Source: Raillietiella orientalis
Taxonomy: Eukaryota
Length of the DNA: 64,000 bases
Assembly: GCA_036172245.1 (NCBI GenBank)
Contig: JAYWIR010000008.1
Location: forward strand, 310,001 to 374,000
Reading direction: 5' to 3'
The translations under genes and the position numbers were made by a program. The notes beneath the pieces are model-generated. The model worked only from the letters and a program-made list of their open reading frames with translations. It did no database searches and was not told the origin of the DNA. Positions 52,895-64,000 of this stretch are shown here, one piece after another (position 1 is the stretch's first letter; the number at the start of each line of letters is the position of its first letter).

Positions 52895-55800
52895 GTTCAG
52901 GGATTCGCGAACCCGTACGGTTTTCCAGGCAGAGACCTTCCGTGAACTGAACCGCATGATTAGGAAAGGGGGGCAGGGGAGGGGGGGTTGTCGAAGCCGA
53001 TCGAGACTACAGATCCATCATTCGAAAGGGTCTCCTTTTCCTTCTGCCCGCTTCTCCTGATCTGAACTGCGTATGGGGGGCACGGAATGGGGTCTGCGAG
53101 CGCACGCGCGCGTCCTTCAACAGATAATTGTAATCGGTTACTCTTGGATTCTCTTGGTTGTCTTTGGATCTCCTTCTGCAAGCGTTGCTGTCGTGCGGGG
53201 GAGGTCTCGGTGTGTTGAGAGAGGTTCGAGGCAAGCAGAACTGCCGTTTCCTGCGGGAAGACTTCGATTCGGTACCTCTGGCAAAACGAAAAGGCTTATT
53301 ATGGCACCTTCGAGAAGTCTCGCAATCTTGAAATACTTTCGAGGAATTCGAGGAACGCAGAATCCGGTGTGGAAGAAGATCTTTCTTTCCTCTTTTTTTT
53401 TTTTTTTTTTTTGACCACGATGCACACTACAACTCTCCAATTTGCTCTGTGGTTTCACTTTCACGTCCAGCCTGACTCACCGGAGGCCGATTACAGATGT
53501 GATGCGTGTGACTCGAGTCAAGCTCGTCTGTGCACATCGTGCCTGAATTTCCTCCTCCTCCTCCTTTTTTCTTTCTGTCTTCCTGAGGGGGGGAGCACTT
53601 GCACTTGAAGGAACGTTCTGTTCCCGTTCCCAGTATCGAAACAATTTCCACCCAGGCTCCGTCAACTGAGCATTTCGTCGATTGGTCCAGCATCTTCGTT
53701 CCATGTCAGGTTCTCAGAATGATTATGAAATTTTCCCTCCCTTTTTTTTTGTGTGTAATTATCCAGCGAGCCTCAAAACAAAGATGCTTTCCCGCTTACG
53801 CATCCTTTCTCAACCCTGGGGTCATGGGAATCAACTTCCACGAACCATCAGACGAAGGATACCTTTGGCACTTCTGAACGAATTCCGGCGGCGAGGATGA
53901 ACTCGGTCGACGGCTCGATCCCAGGACGACCGCGTCGCGCGCATTCTCCCTCCATCCAGAAGCGTTCCCTGAACGTTAGATTCCGTGTTGACCTTCTTCC
54001 CGGTGTTATCAGACATGTACGCGATAAGGGCACCGGGAGACCAGAGGAAATCGGTACTTCTTGTATCGAGGCCGCGGCGTCCTCTCGTGACGCTTGGAAA
54101 CCGATTTTCCTTCGCTCCGTACGTTTTTCTCCAGGAACGAGGGCGAGAACGGGCAGCGCCGGTGGGAAATCAGAAGGCGTGTCTCTCCGGAAATTCATGA
54201 GGACCTTTCTTGCCCCGTTGCTTCGTCGAGAACCCTTCCCGAAGAAGCCGATCTGGACTCGAATTTCCGTGGCGCACGACGCGTTTCATCCACTTTTTTT
54301 GTCGCCCGCAACGCGCAATCGGAAACGGGAGCAAAAGCGGGAGGAGGAACGGACGAGGAAGCCGGGATTCCATCCACTTCCGCAGGCTTTCTTCCAGCTC
54401 CGCCTCGAGGCGAATTCGCGGTTCCTGAGGTGACCCACTCCGACACTCGCGCCTCGGGGATGCTCGGGGACATTTGCCGCCACGGATCGGTCGGTCGTCC
54501 TCAAGTCGGAAGCGCTGTCCCTTGAACAGAAAATGCCCCGAAGCACGATGCTGACCAGCGGAGGACGCGCAGACCGTGTGCTCGTGATGGAGAACGTCCG
54601 CCGTTTCTCAGCTCACGCTTCCTCTTCAGCTTATCTCGACTGCGCGCTTGCCTGCCCGCCGTCTAGATCGCCCTCGATGCTGCCGATGGATCTCTCCCAT
54701 TTCCCTTGGGTCGGGCCGGACACGGGAGCCCGTCCGAATCTTCACCCGTCGGTGGTGCGGGGTGTGGTCGCTCTTTCTCCCCCCCCCTTCCCCCTCCAAT
54801 GCAGCCACCCCGGTGGCAAAATCGTTGCCGGCTTCGCCAGGACGCAGCCCAGGCGCTCTTGAGCCGGAGGGGGACACGCGCAAACAGGATTTTCGCATTT
54901 CACTCACAAAGACCGTTCCAGTCTCTCAGCCGCCGAGACAGAATCCATCCGGGAGTGTTGTCCCAAAAGGAAATGCCTGCCGCCACGAAGAATCCAGACG
55001 GACTCCGAGCTGCCTCGAAGGATTTTCTCTCCGGAGGAACAAGAGAACCGTCGCATCACGGAGACAGCTGCTAAAGGGTGCTCAAGACACACACCCCGCC
55101 GTGCTGCATTTGCAACCGTGTTGCGAGCCCGAGGGCGCGCCATCGGGAAAGTTGCGAAGCTGCTTGTCGGGCTGTTGTTGTCTAACAGCTCAGTCCCGAA
55201 GAACACTTTTGCGACGAAGAAATGGTCCGCATTTAGGTGGGCTGGTGGCGCGCCGAGGAGCGATAAATCTGCCGATGGCGATCGCGGAGCAATCATCCAC
55301 CCAGCATCCACAGAGATGAGCGCGCACGCGCGCGTGCAATCCATTAAATATGCGAACGTGGAAGTTCATGAATCTAAGGAATGGGTTGATCCTCCGCACG
55401 CGGGAATCACGAGAGCGGACTTCGTCCTCACGCATAACGGATGCCAGACCTCCATTACTCTCGCTTCTGCGGACACTAAGCTTGATTCATACGAGCTCAC
55501 GAAATGATTCATTGTATGTGGGGGGAGGGGGGGGGTCACTCGCTCAATAAATAAAGTGGAAAGGCGCAGGCTCAGCCAAGGCTTGTGTTTTCATGTTTCC
55601 ACCTCAGAAATACGATCCAGCTTTCCGGGATCGCGAAGATCGCATTTTTTTCCGTCTTATGAGCCTCATTGACTCGTTGGTATTCCAGAGATGACGGGAA
55701 AATTGGATTCCACAGCGGAGTACAACCGATCCATTCGAATCAGTCGATCGGTTGGCATCCCTGCCTGCTCTCAGGCGACAAGCGGTGGATTTTCTTGCCC

Positions 55801-58629
55801 ATGAACGGTGCGCGCGCTCGTGCTCTTTGCGCGCATGACGTAACGACGTGACCATCGCCGCACGTCGCAAGCGTGGGGATGCTTCCTTAGGAGGTGACGA
55901 CTCCTCTCCACCTCCCCTCCTTCCCTCCCTCCCTCACACCTATGTGCTCCGGACGGCTGTGAATTTGCTTAGCGGGGTTCGAACAAGAGTTTGGACTTCT
56001 TCCGTGTTTGCAGTGCATCATCGGCTGCATCTGCTCAGGGAGGAGCGCACAGGGGACAGACCCTCTCCTAGGGATTCCTCGTTCACGCGATCTTCTAGCG
56101 GGGGGGGGGAAGCGGAGAGTCAATATTTGCACGCTCCCGGCGGCGCCGGTGGGTCCCTCAGCCTCCGCAGCCTCCGTGGACCCATTCGAAAGAGACGGCG
56201 GACGCAAATGCTCCCGCAACCGAATCTCTTCAGGATAAATAAAACGATCGCGCGATAATTTAAAACTGAATTATGGGCGCTTTGATCCTGTTCCTCCGGG
56301 GGCGGGGGAGAAGGCGGCGATGCTGTTGATAGGACTGCGCGCGGACGGATCGGCGGAGAGTCACATTTTCGACGGTAATTTGTGACCATCGATTGTGCTC
56401 GATTCCCAAGAGATCACAGGATTCGTGGCTTACGGTATCGACGCTCTCTGATTTATGACCGGAATTCTTTTACACGTTCCGTAGGAATTGATTACGAAAT
56501 CGGAGGAGGAGGAGGCACGAATAGGTTCCCGCCGTGAAGTCCCGGGACCCTTTCGCGGCCAGCAGATGACTACCAAAGCAGATTGCGATATACACACGCA
56601 CATTTTTTTCTTTTTGTGCAATACCTTCTTCCATCTCGTCCTCTCCTTCGCTGACCCGAGCGTTCAATGGCAACGTCGTGACAGTCAATTTTGTAATTGG
56701 GATGAGCTGATTTGCTGGATTGCAGTCTTTCGGGACGACGAGTCGAAAGTGGCTCCGCTGTCGCGATCACGCCGGATGACGCCTTCCCGGGCAGCAGCAC
56801 GAAAGACGCACTTCTTCAGCGGTGTGGAACGCGCGCGGAAGACCTTTTGGTTGGCAAAAGCTTCGTAGGCGCGCTCGCCCAGATGATTCCTTTTTCTTTC
56901 TTTCTTTCTCTTCTTTTTTTCCTGCTTGTTTGTTTCCGGCAACTTCCTTTCCTTCCTCCGCCCAGCGACTGCAGCGTCCGGACGCTGCCAGAGCAGCCAG
57001 CCCCGGTTGCCCCGGCGACTGTTGAAAAACGACAAGCGGAGTGGACGGGAAGTGAATATCCGAGAGTGGGGAGATTAAAAACAGCATCCCGCCGCGATTG
57101 CGTAATGGAGTCAGCGGTTTCCACTCCTAAAGGAGCGGTGATGCGGCCGGCGTCGCGCTGGCGCGCGCGTGGCGCAACGTACTCTGCGCAAAAAAAGGAA
57201 AAGAAAAGAAGAAGAAGAAGCAAAAAAAAAAAAAAAGCACAGATCTGCGTTGAGTGTCCTTGATGCGTAAGTGAAATCCAAAACTCATTAATTACACCTT
57301 TTGTCGCCGGCTGATCGATGATGCATTTGTCCGAAAGAGCATTCGCATCCTTAGCTGCAAGGGAATTCCGAAAGCTGCACACGGCGGCATCGGCGACTGC
57401 CTCTCCTTAGGAGTGTCCCGATCCAAGGAGCCGAGGCAGATAGGCACCAAGGCGGCAGCAACCAGTCGTTTCCGAAGGTGCTGGGGAAGAGGAGAGATAG
57501 GGAAGTCTGGCCCACTTCCGCAATGGTGGAGCGTGAAATGATCGGAGAGACCACGCGCTCGCGAAAATTCGACTCCCACCCTCCCGACAGAGCGGGAGCG
57601 AACGAACGCGGATGGAAATCGAAGAGCATTCCAAGGTGTGTTCATCTTGGAGTACGCCTTTGGCCCTGAAACATTGCCTTCAACCACCGGAAATTCCTGC
57701 ATCCTTCGCGGCGGGTGCAGAGATCTTCCCGTCAGTGTACGTGTGTGTGCGTGTAGGTGTGCTTTTGGGGGGGAGGCATGCACATGCTGGTTCGCTTTTC
57801 GTCGCTGCATGCTGCGAGTTCGGGAGGAAAAGCTGCGGGAAATAAGGAAGCAGTCTGATGCGGTCACGAAAAATGCTGATGGCGGTGAAGCATCCTTTGT
57901 TTGGGGCTTTTTTTTTTTTTTTGGCCTCCGCAGCGATCCAACTCAGATGAAATCGTTTGCCATTTAGCAGCTGGCTTGACCAGAACTGTCCAGAGGGATG
58001 CTTGCTTCAACCCACGGTTTCTGAACGAGACAAAGGAGCTGCATTCCATCCAGGGTTTCTCAAGATGGAATCCGTTTTATTAGGCATGCTCACCGTGGCC
58101 ACTTTCCCGCACCGAAGTTCCCCCCCTCCGTGTATGATTTGTTTCGTACTCTTCAAGATGCACCATTCCTTTCCTTTCCTTGAATTCTCGTTCTCTGATC
58201 GTTCTTTCTCCATTTTCGTTCCCGCACTTCCCATCTGCATTTACAGCACCTCCTTTTCTTTGTCCGGAACCACTTGTGCATTGTCTCTTATAATAAGCTC
58301 ACGAAATGCCAAAGGGAGGAGGAAAAAAAAAAAAACAAATGAAGATGATTTTTTTTTTAAAAAAAAAAAAGAGGAAAAAAAAATCGCAACATCAAAATGC
58401 AATTACAAACATAAGTCAGTCTCAAGACGAGGAAAATATGAATGATTTTGTTTGTTTTTTCTTTCTTTTTGAAGAAAAGCACAGCATCGGCTCCCAGCGC
58501 TTTCGTGACTGGAAAAAAAAGTTCGCGAAAAATGGACTATCGTTTCTGAGGTAGCGTTTATTTTTCAAAACCGCTCCCAACATATTTTAGATCCTTCTGT
58601 TTGATACCCAACAACCATGTAATAAATGT

Positions 58630-59450
58630 TATAAAAACTGCGGCGGGCAAAATTGGTGCAATTGTCGCTAATTGTGCTGATAGATTTGGTTGTGGTAATA
58701 CTTCAACGATTCAGCATGGCGGAAGGGGAGGGGGGAGCGCCACCACGAGGCAGCATTGTTTAGCTGTCCTTCAATAGGACGGAGGCAGAAAAGTAGGCCC
58801 ACGTAGCGATCGAAGTTTGAAATACCGAAACTGCTCTTTGATGCCGTTTCGCAGAATCTCACTTTCCTTCATTTCTCGCAGCATCCTTTGTCTTTTTGCA
58901 AGTGGCTCCCCTTCACCCGGAGTCAAGAAGTGAAGGCAATCATCTCTTCCTGTCTTTGTTGTTGTTGTTTCTTCATATCCTCGGGTTACTTGTGACCTTC
59001 CTCTACGTTTTCGTGTGTTGCGTTTTTTCCTTTTTTTTTTTTTTTTTTTTTTTTTAAGAAGCTGAAAATGTGCACCCATTTAATTCATCGATCACGACCA
59101 CCGACTCTGGAAAATTTCCCCCCCAAAAGGGTTGTTGCATCTTAACTCTGCCTTCTCCCCCATTCCCTCTTTTCCTAACACAAGGTGCAGCCGCACCGAT
59201 TCGACCTTCACTGGGGTAAGACCACAGCGTCGGCGGGTCCGTTTCGTGCTTCCTCGTTTCAGCTCCCTCGCTACGTGCGCCTACTTCTCTGCCTCGGCCC
59301 TATTGAAGGACAGCTAAACAATACTGCCTCGTGGTGGCACTCCCCCCTCCCCTTCCGCCATGCTGAATCGTTGAAGTATTACCACAACCAAATCTATCAG
59401 CACAATTAGCGACAATTGCACCAATTTTGCTCGCCGTAGTTATTTTTATA
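58630..59450. mobile_element. Foldback/MITE-like element with ~180-bp long inverted repeats (about 58630-58809 and 59268-59450)
   Basis: Arms nearly identical in reverse complement, including a long exact block caaaattggtgcaattgtcgctaattgtgctgatagatttggttgtggtaatacttcaacgattcagcatggcggaaggggagggggag. atgt flanks both ends (58626-58629, 59451-59454). Confidence 0.7.
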
Positions 59451-60695
59451 ATGTCCCAGTTGTTTCTACGCCAGGCCGTCGGAAAAAACAAAGAAAAGGG
59501 GGAGAAGAGGGAAACTCGGAACTCGCTGGTTTCCTTGGAGGCGGCCGAAAAAGGCTGTCGAACCCTAATCCAAACCGAAGTCCGGCACTCGAAGGAACCC
59601 AATCCGAGTCTGAGCCACCCGGTCGAACGGAGCGCAAGACCAAACCTGAGATTTTTTTCGACCGTTGCATCGAGCAAGAAGGTACCACTGCGAAGAAGAA
59701 GCCTTGCAGGAGGGAAGGGGAAGGGGGGAGGGGAACGTGATGCTGTTCACAGGGCGCGCTGCGCGCGAGTCAACCGGCTGTGCTACCCGGTAGAGAGCGC
59801 GTTCCTTCTTCGCCGGATTCTACGGGGGGTCCTTGCAGCGATCTGCCGGACGCGGACCGGAGCCGTTCCGCCGCGCGCATGAGTTTGCCTCCAAAGAGCC
59901 AACCAAAGACACGCTGGGAGCACCCGCACGCCCGGGTGGTGCGATTGGGAGGCTTCCGGGTGGCTCGCTCACCCGTCGGGGATCGTTCGCGCTTCCTCGT
60001 GCTTCAGGCTCCCAGAGTCGAGGAGCGCGCGTTTCCAAGCAAGCCGAAGAAGGAAGGAAGGAGGGTCCAGCCTACTCCTCCGTTCCTCCAGGAGCAGCTC
60101 GCCTCGGTGTCTCCCGGAGCTCTACGGCGCGAAGCGCTTCTTTCCGAGTGAATCGCCCCTCGAGGGTACCTGCCTGCCGAGGAGACGGAAGGACCAGAGC
60201 AGGCTCATGCAGGAGGACCCGCTCCAACGGCCCTGGAGCGAACCTCCACGCTTCCTGCCCTTTCGCTAAGAGGTGCACGGCGGAGGAGGGCACTCACTGG
60301 AGGACTTGACGAATCCCTCCTTGGGACCCTCCAATCCCAGCCTCAATTTTTGGAGAGCAGCTCCGAAATGGAGGATGCCTCCCCTCCTTCCCCCTCCCCC
60401 TTCAAAAAGAGGGATAACAGGGGATGCACGGAATGCAAGCTAAACTGGATTCAGCGCATAGCTCGGCTTCTGCCGGTGCCCGGAGAGCTGGGCAGTCCCT
60501 GCCCAGAGAGAAGCTTTCGGATCCCTTGATTTCCTGTGTCCTCCTCGCCCAGGTGGCAGGACGAGAAGCAGAGACGGAGCTTCCGAATGGAGCGCCGGCT
60601 GTCACCATGCCGGCCGCTCCGCTCCAAGGCGCGCGCGGCCGCTCGGAAAACCTGCGAAGGTTGCTTCGTCGGCTCTTCCCTCCTCCTCCCTTCCT

Positions 60696-61332
60696 CACCA
60701 CCACCGCCATCGCACCACTGTCACGCACGGTCACACCATCACTGTCATCATCATCACGCCACTGTCACGCCACCATTTCCACCTCCTTCAACACTGCAAT
60801 CATCATTGTCATCACCTCCATTATGACCATCATCATCACCACCATCATCATTGCCGCAGCCACCACAGTCGTCGTCATCAATCATCATCATCATCATCGC
60901 TATTACTGTCACACCGTCATCATTGTAGCCGTCATCGTTGTCGTTGCCAAGCCCGCACCGCACACCATCATCATCGCCGCCACAACCGTCAGTCAGGATC
61001 ATCGCACCACCATTACCACCACCACCATCATCATCATCATTGCAGCAGTTCACCACAGTCGTCCCTGTTGCCGTCGCCATCATCACCAACGTCGTCGTCA
61101 TCGTAATCATAACTTCTGTCATCATCATCATGATCACCACCACCACCACCACCACCACCACCACCACCATCACCATCATCATCATCATCATCATCTCTGC
61201 AGCAGCCACCACAGTCGTCATCATCATCGTCATCATCACCATTGCTGTCACACTCATCATCGTGGCCGTCGCCGTTGTTGTTGCCAACCCTGCACCATCA
61301 TCATTGCCGCCACCATTACCACCACCACCACC
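60696..61332. repeat. Degenerate (CAY)n trinucleotide satellite with ~130-150 bp higher-order units
   Basis: Runs of cac/cat. The unit gcagccaccacagtcgtc...tgtcacac...gttgccaa recurs at about 60856 and 61202. Confidence 0.85.
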
Positions 61333-62667
61333 GCCGGGAGTCTCGGTCTCCTAAAGCTGGAACGGCTGGAGCTGCAGCTTCAGTGGAAAACACTCGCCCT
61401 GGTGGCGAAGATGTGGAGCACCAACAGGTGCGAGTCCGCACGACACATGGTTCAGCGAGCCACCGGCTGCGCAGAACTGCCTTCCTTCCTGGCGCTGCGG
61501 CGCGGACGCAACGTGTCCAGCTGCGGACTGGAGCTCCGGCGAGTGTCCAAGCTGACCGGGAACAACAACTGGATCTTCTGCCGGCCCACAAACGGTAGTG
61601 CCTGGTTGCAGGGAACCATACGCACGTCGGCGCAGAACAAGGAAGCGAGCCCGGAGATGCGGCAGCGACTGCTGCACTCCCTTCTACGCTGCAGGACGCC
61701 ACCGTGCAGCCCACCACGTGTGGGGGGGGGGCAAAGACCCTCCCTCGCTGCGGCACTGCCCTCCCTCAGGGAGCACCCGGGCAGTAACCGGCTGGCTAAA
61801 TAGGAGGTGAGTTGAGAAAATCAGTCCAGAGACCAGCGGACCAGGTGGATGAACCAGGGTCCAGCTGAGGGACGCTGCCATATATCCCTCCACCCCCAAG
61901 GTATTCTTGCTGCTGGGATTCCTGCAGGAGGAGCTCGAGAGACCTCCAGAGCGCTGGAGAACAGCCGGGAAGTCCCTCTGAAGTGGCAAGAGCCGGATTT
62001 TCTGGTTTCGAACCGGGAGTATCCGTGCACCGCCCGCCGACCTCACTGGGCCCGGGAGGCAGTAGACCCGAACTGCTGCAGGTGCAGGGAACCGCAATCC
62101 CTCCCGCACCTGATAGCTGACTGCGTTGCCCTCCGGCCCCTGTGGTTGCAATACGCAACCGACCTAGGTGCCCTCTTACCAACCAACCCACAGACGTTCC
62201 GAAGCGCCTCTTCGCGCGCGATGCCCATTCGCCCGCTGCATGCCTAGAAGCACCGTGCTGCCTACGCGGGATCCTTGCAGCCTGGATCTTCGCACGTGCA
62301 TCTGACAAGACGAACGATAGGGGACATCAGCTTCTCCCTAGGCTTCCTGGGGACGGCAGTCAGATGGCCCCACCTTACAACCATACTCGGAAGGAACTTA
62401 CCGGCGCCCTGGAAAGGATGCAGAGCACGCCCTTCAGCTGACACTGATCCGTCCCCGTGGACCCCGGAGCTTTTTTTTCGTCCTTCTTGATTTGTATTTT
62501 TTTTTCTTTTTCTTGGTTCCCTCCCCCTTTGCTGCCGAGGTGAAACTCGCCGGACTGCCTGCAGGTTACTCAGCAGGTTGCGAACTCTTTCGGACGTTGT
62601 AGGGCCGATGGTCCCATACGTGTTTCTTTATTTTTAAAGTAAACGCCCCGACGCACGCGGGTGTTAA
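61333..62667 (+). mobile_element. 5'-truncated copy 3 of the non-LTR family, flanked by (ACC)5 direct repeats
   Basis: 'GSLGLLKLERLEL', 'LALVAKMWST', 'VPLKWQEP', 'PNCCRCREPQSLPHLIADCVALRPLW', 'CCLRGILAAW'. accaccaccaccacc at 61318-61332 and 62668-62682. Confidence 0.8.
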
Positions 62668-62790
62668 ACCACCACCACCACCATCATCACTGCAACAGCC
62701 ACCATAGTCGTCATCGTCATCGTCATCATCATTGCTGTCACACCATCATCACCCCCACAGTCATCTCGCCACTGCCACCCTCACACCATC
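62668..62790. repeat. Continuation of the (CAY)n satellite beyond the LINE insertion
   Basis: cagccaccatagtcgtcatcgtcatcgtcatcatcattgctgtcacacc matches the unit at about 61200-61255. Confidence 0.8.
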
Positions 62791-64000
62791 AACCGGAAAA
62801 GCGTTCGCGTTCACTTCCGCCCTTCGATCACGAAGTCCGGGCAGTTTCGCGGTACTCAACCCTTCCCCACCCACCCGGTTTGCTTCGCTCCGAGTTTCTT
62901 CCTGCCTTCTCCCCTGCTCGCTCAGCCCCTCCGCAAGGTGCAGCGAGTGCCTGCAAGGCGAGGACCGCTTCTGAATCCGTTCGCCATCTCCGGATTCGCG
63001 GTGGACTGCGTCGTCATCCCTGCCGCCCGCAGGCCCAGAGACGGATCCGCCGCTACCGCGCGTCCCGGGAGAGCCGGCCGGCGGACCCGAGGACCCAAAA
63101 CTGCTTGCGCCGGGCAGCAGTGCTCCCCCGTCTATGACCGCACAACCGGCAGGCATCCAATCGGGACGCGTAGTGACCGTGCGCCGAGACGAATTCCGCA
63201 GTTCCCCTCTCTGCTCGGCCGGGCGCGAGACGCAGGGGCTCTCTCTCTCCTTCCTGGAGAGTGACGTCTTTTTCCGTCTGGTCCTTCGCTGCCTCTTCCT
63301 TGCAAGAAGTTCCTCCCGAGCCCTCGGAGTGCCTTTCCCCCATCTCCTTCTATGCTAAATTCTGGTCCACGGATTTTTCTTCTTCGTCCTCCCTTTTTTT
63401 CCCCTTCTTCCTCTTCTTCCAGTGTCCTACAATGGAACACGCTTTGAAATTCTGGCCTCGTGCTTCCTACCATCTTGTAATTCCACAACCTCTCGTTCAT
63501 TGTACATCCCGAGATGGGTATTGGTAATTTTGGGGAGAAGGGAAGATGAGAAAGGAGACGAAGGGAAACAGAACAAGGACTTTTTTTTTTTGCTTTTTAC
63601 AAAGTTCTTCTATGGTTGCCAGCAGAGTTGCTCCCATCCGTTCGCGAAGTACGGGAACATCCCCCGTTTCAGGATAACGGAGAATACGAAAGCTTTGAGA
63701 AATTTCCCTGAACGGAAACTCCCACCAGCACCGTAACCACCAAAGTCGCATCCAAAGAACGGGAACGGCAGGAACCTCGAATCCAGATCGCTCTAGGCCA
63801 GCCTCTCGAACTGCCAAGATGGGCTCAGCTGTCTCCGGAACCGTCAGACTGGTCAGAAATCAAAAGGAAAGACACCGAAAAAAAGGAGGGAGAGGATCTT
63901 CACAGGATGGGAACGGGAAAAAAAAAAAAAAAAAAGACTCTTTCCAAAGACGCACCGAAGAGCTACAAAAATATAAGATGGAACATCTGCTAATGGCGAG

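Noticed and set aside
33000..60400. Hundreds of 60-430 aa ORFs in all six frames
   Set aside because: Expected from high GC content; no recognisable host domains or spliceable exon chains. The 51655-52002 and 55118-55507 ORFs look mildly protein-like but are unsupported.
60424..61803. 459-aa poly-His ORF fused to retrotransposon sequence
   Set aside because: Stop-free translation of a (CAY)n satellite running into a truncated LINE; no evidence of a real gene.
1..64000. CRISPR arrays, rRNA/tRNA/snRNA genes, telomeric arrays, prokaryotic operons or defence systems
   Set aside because: No regularly spaced repeat-spacer array, tRNA boxes, rRNA motifs or telomere arrays seen; gene structure is spliceosomal. 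Small ncRNAs could be missed without covariance-model searches.

Overview
Eukaryotic (invertebrate animal) genomic DNA, not prokaryotic: genes are split by many very short GT-AG introns (37-85 nt). I hand-spliced four protein-coding genes: TBCCD1 (minus, 9 exons, 533 aa); a 5'-incomplete gene encoding at least four tandem OB/cold-shock-like repeats plus a Ser/Pro-rich tail (plus); acetoacetyl-CoA synthetase AACS (plus, 12 exons, 658 aa); and a GAS2-like/pigs CH+GAR cytolinker (minus, 7 coding exons, 558 aa, C-terminal SxIP). The window splits into an AT-rich, CpG-depleted, gene-dense left part (1 to about 21.5 kb) and a GC/CpG-rich right part with many homopolymer runs. The right part holds the GAS2-like gene and about 32 kb upstream of it with no recognisable host CDS. 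That region carries three truncated copies of one L1/Tx1-like non-LTR retrotransposon, a hAT/Charlie-type MITE, an 821-bp foldback element, a (CAY)n satellite and possible gag/endonuclease relics. Best leads: a roughly 340-bp inverted repeat pair bracketing a 450-nt phase-0/0 GAS2 exon (circRNA or exon-skipping geometry), the tandem-OB protein, the mosaic CpG landscape, a LINE family ending in a conserved stem-loop without poly(A), and a perfect 20-bp palindrome scar at a LINE truncation. All homology calls come from recalled family motifs, not database searches, and composition statements are by eye.
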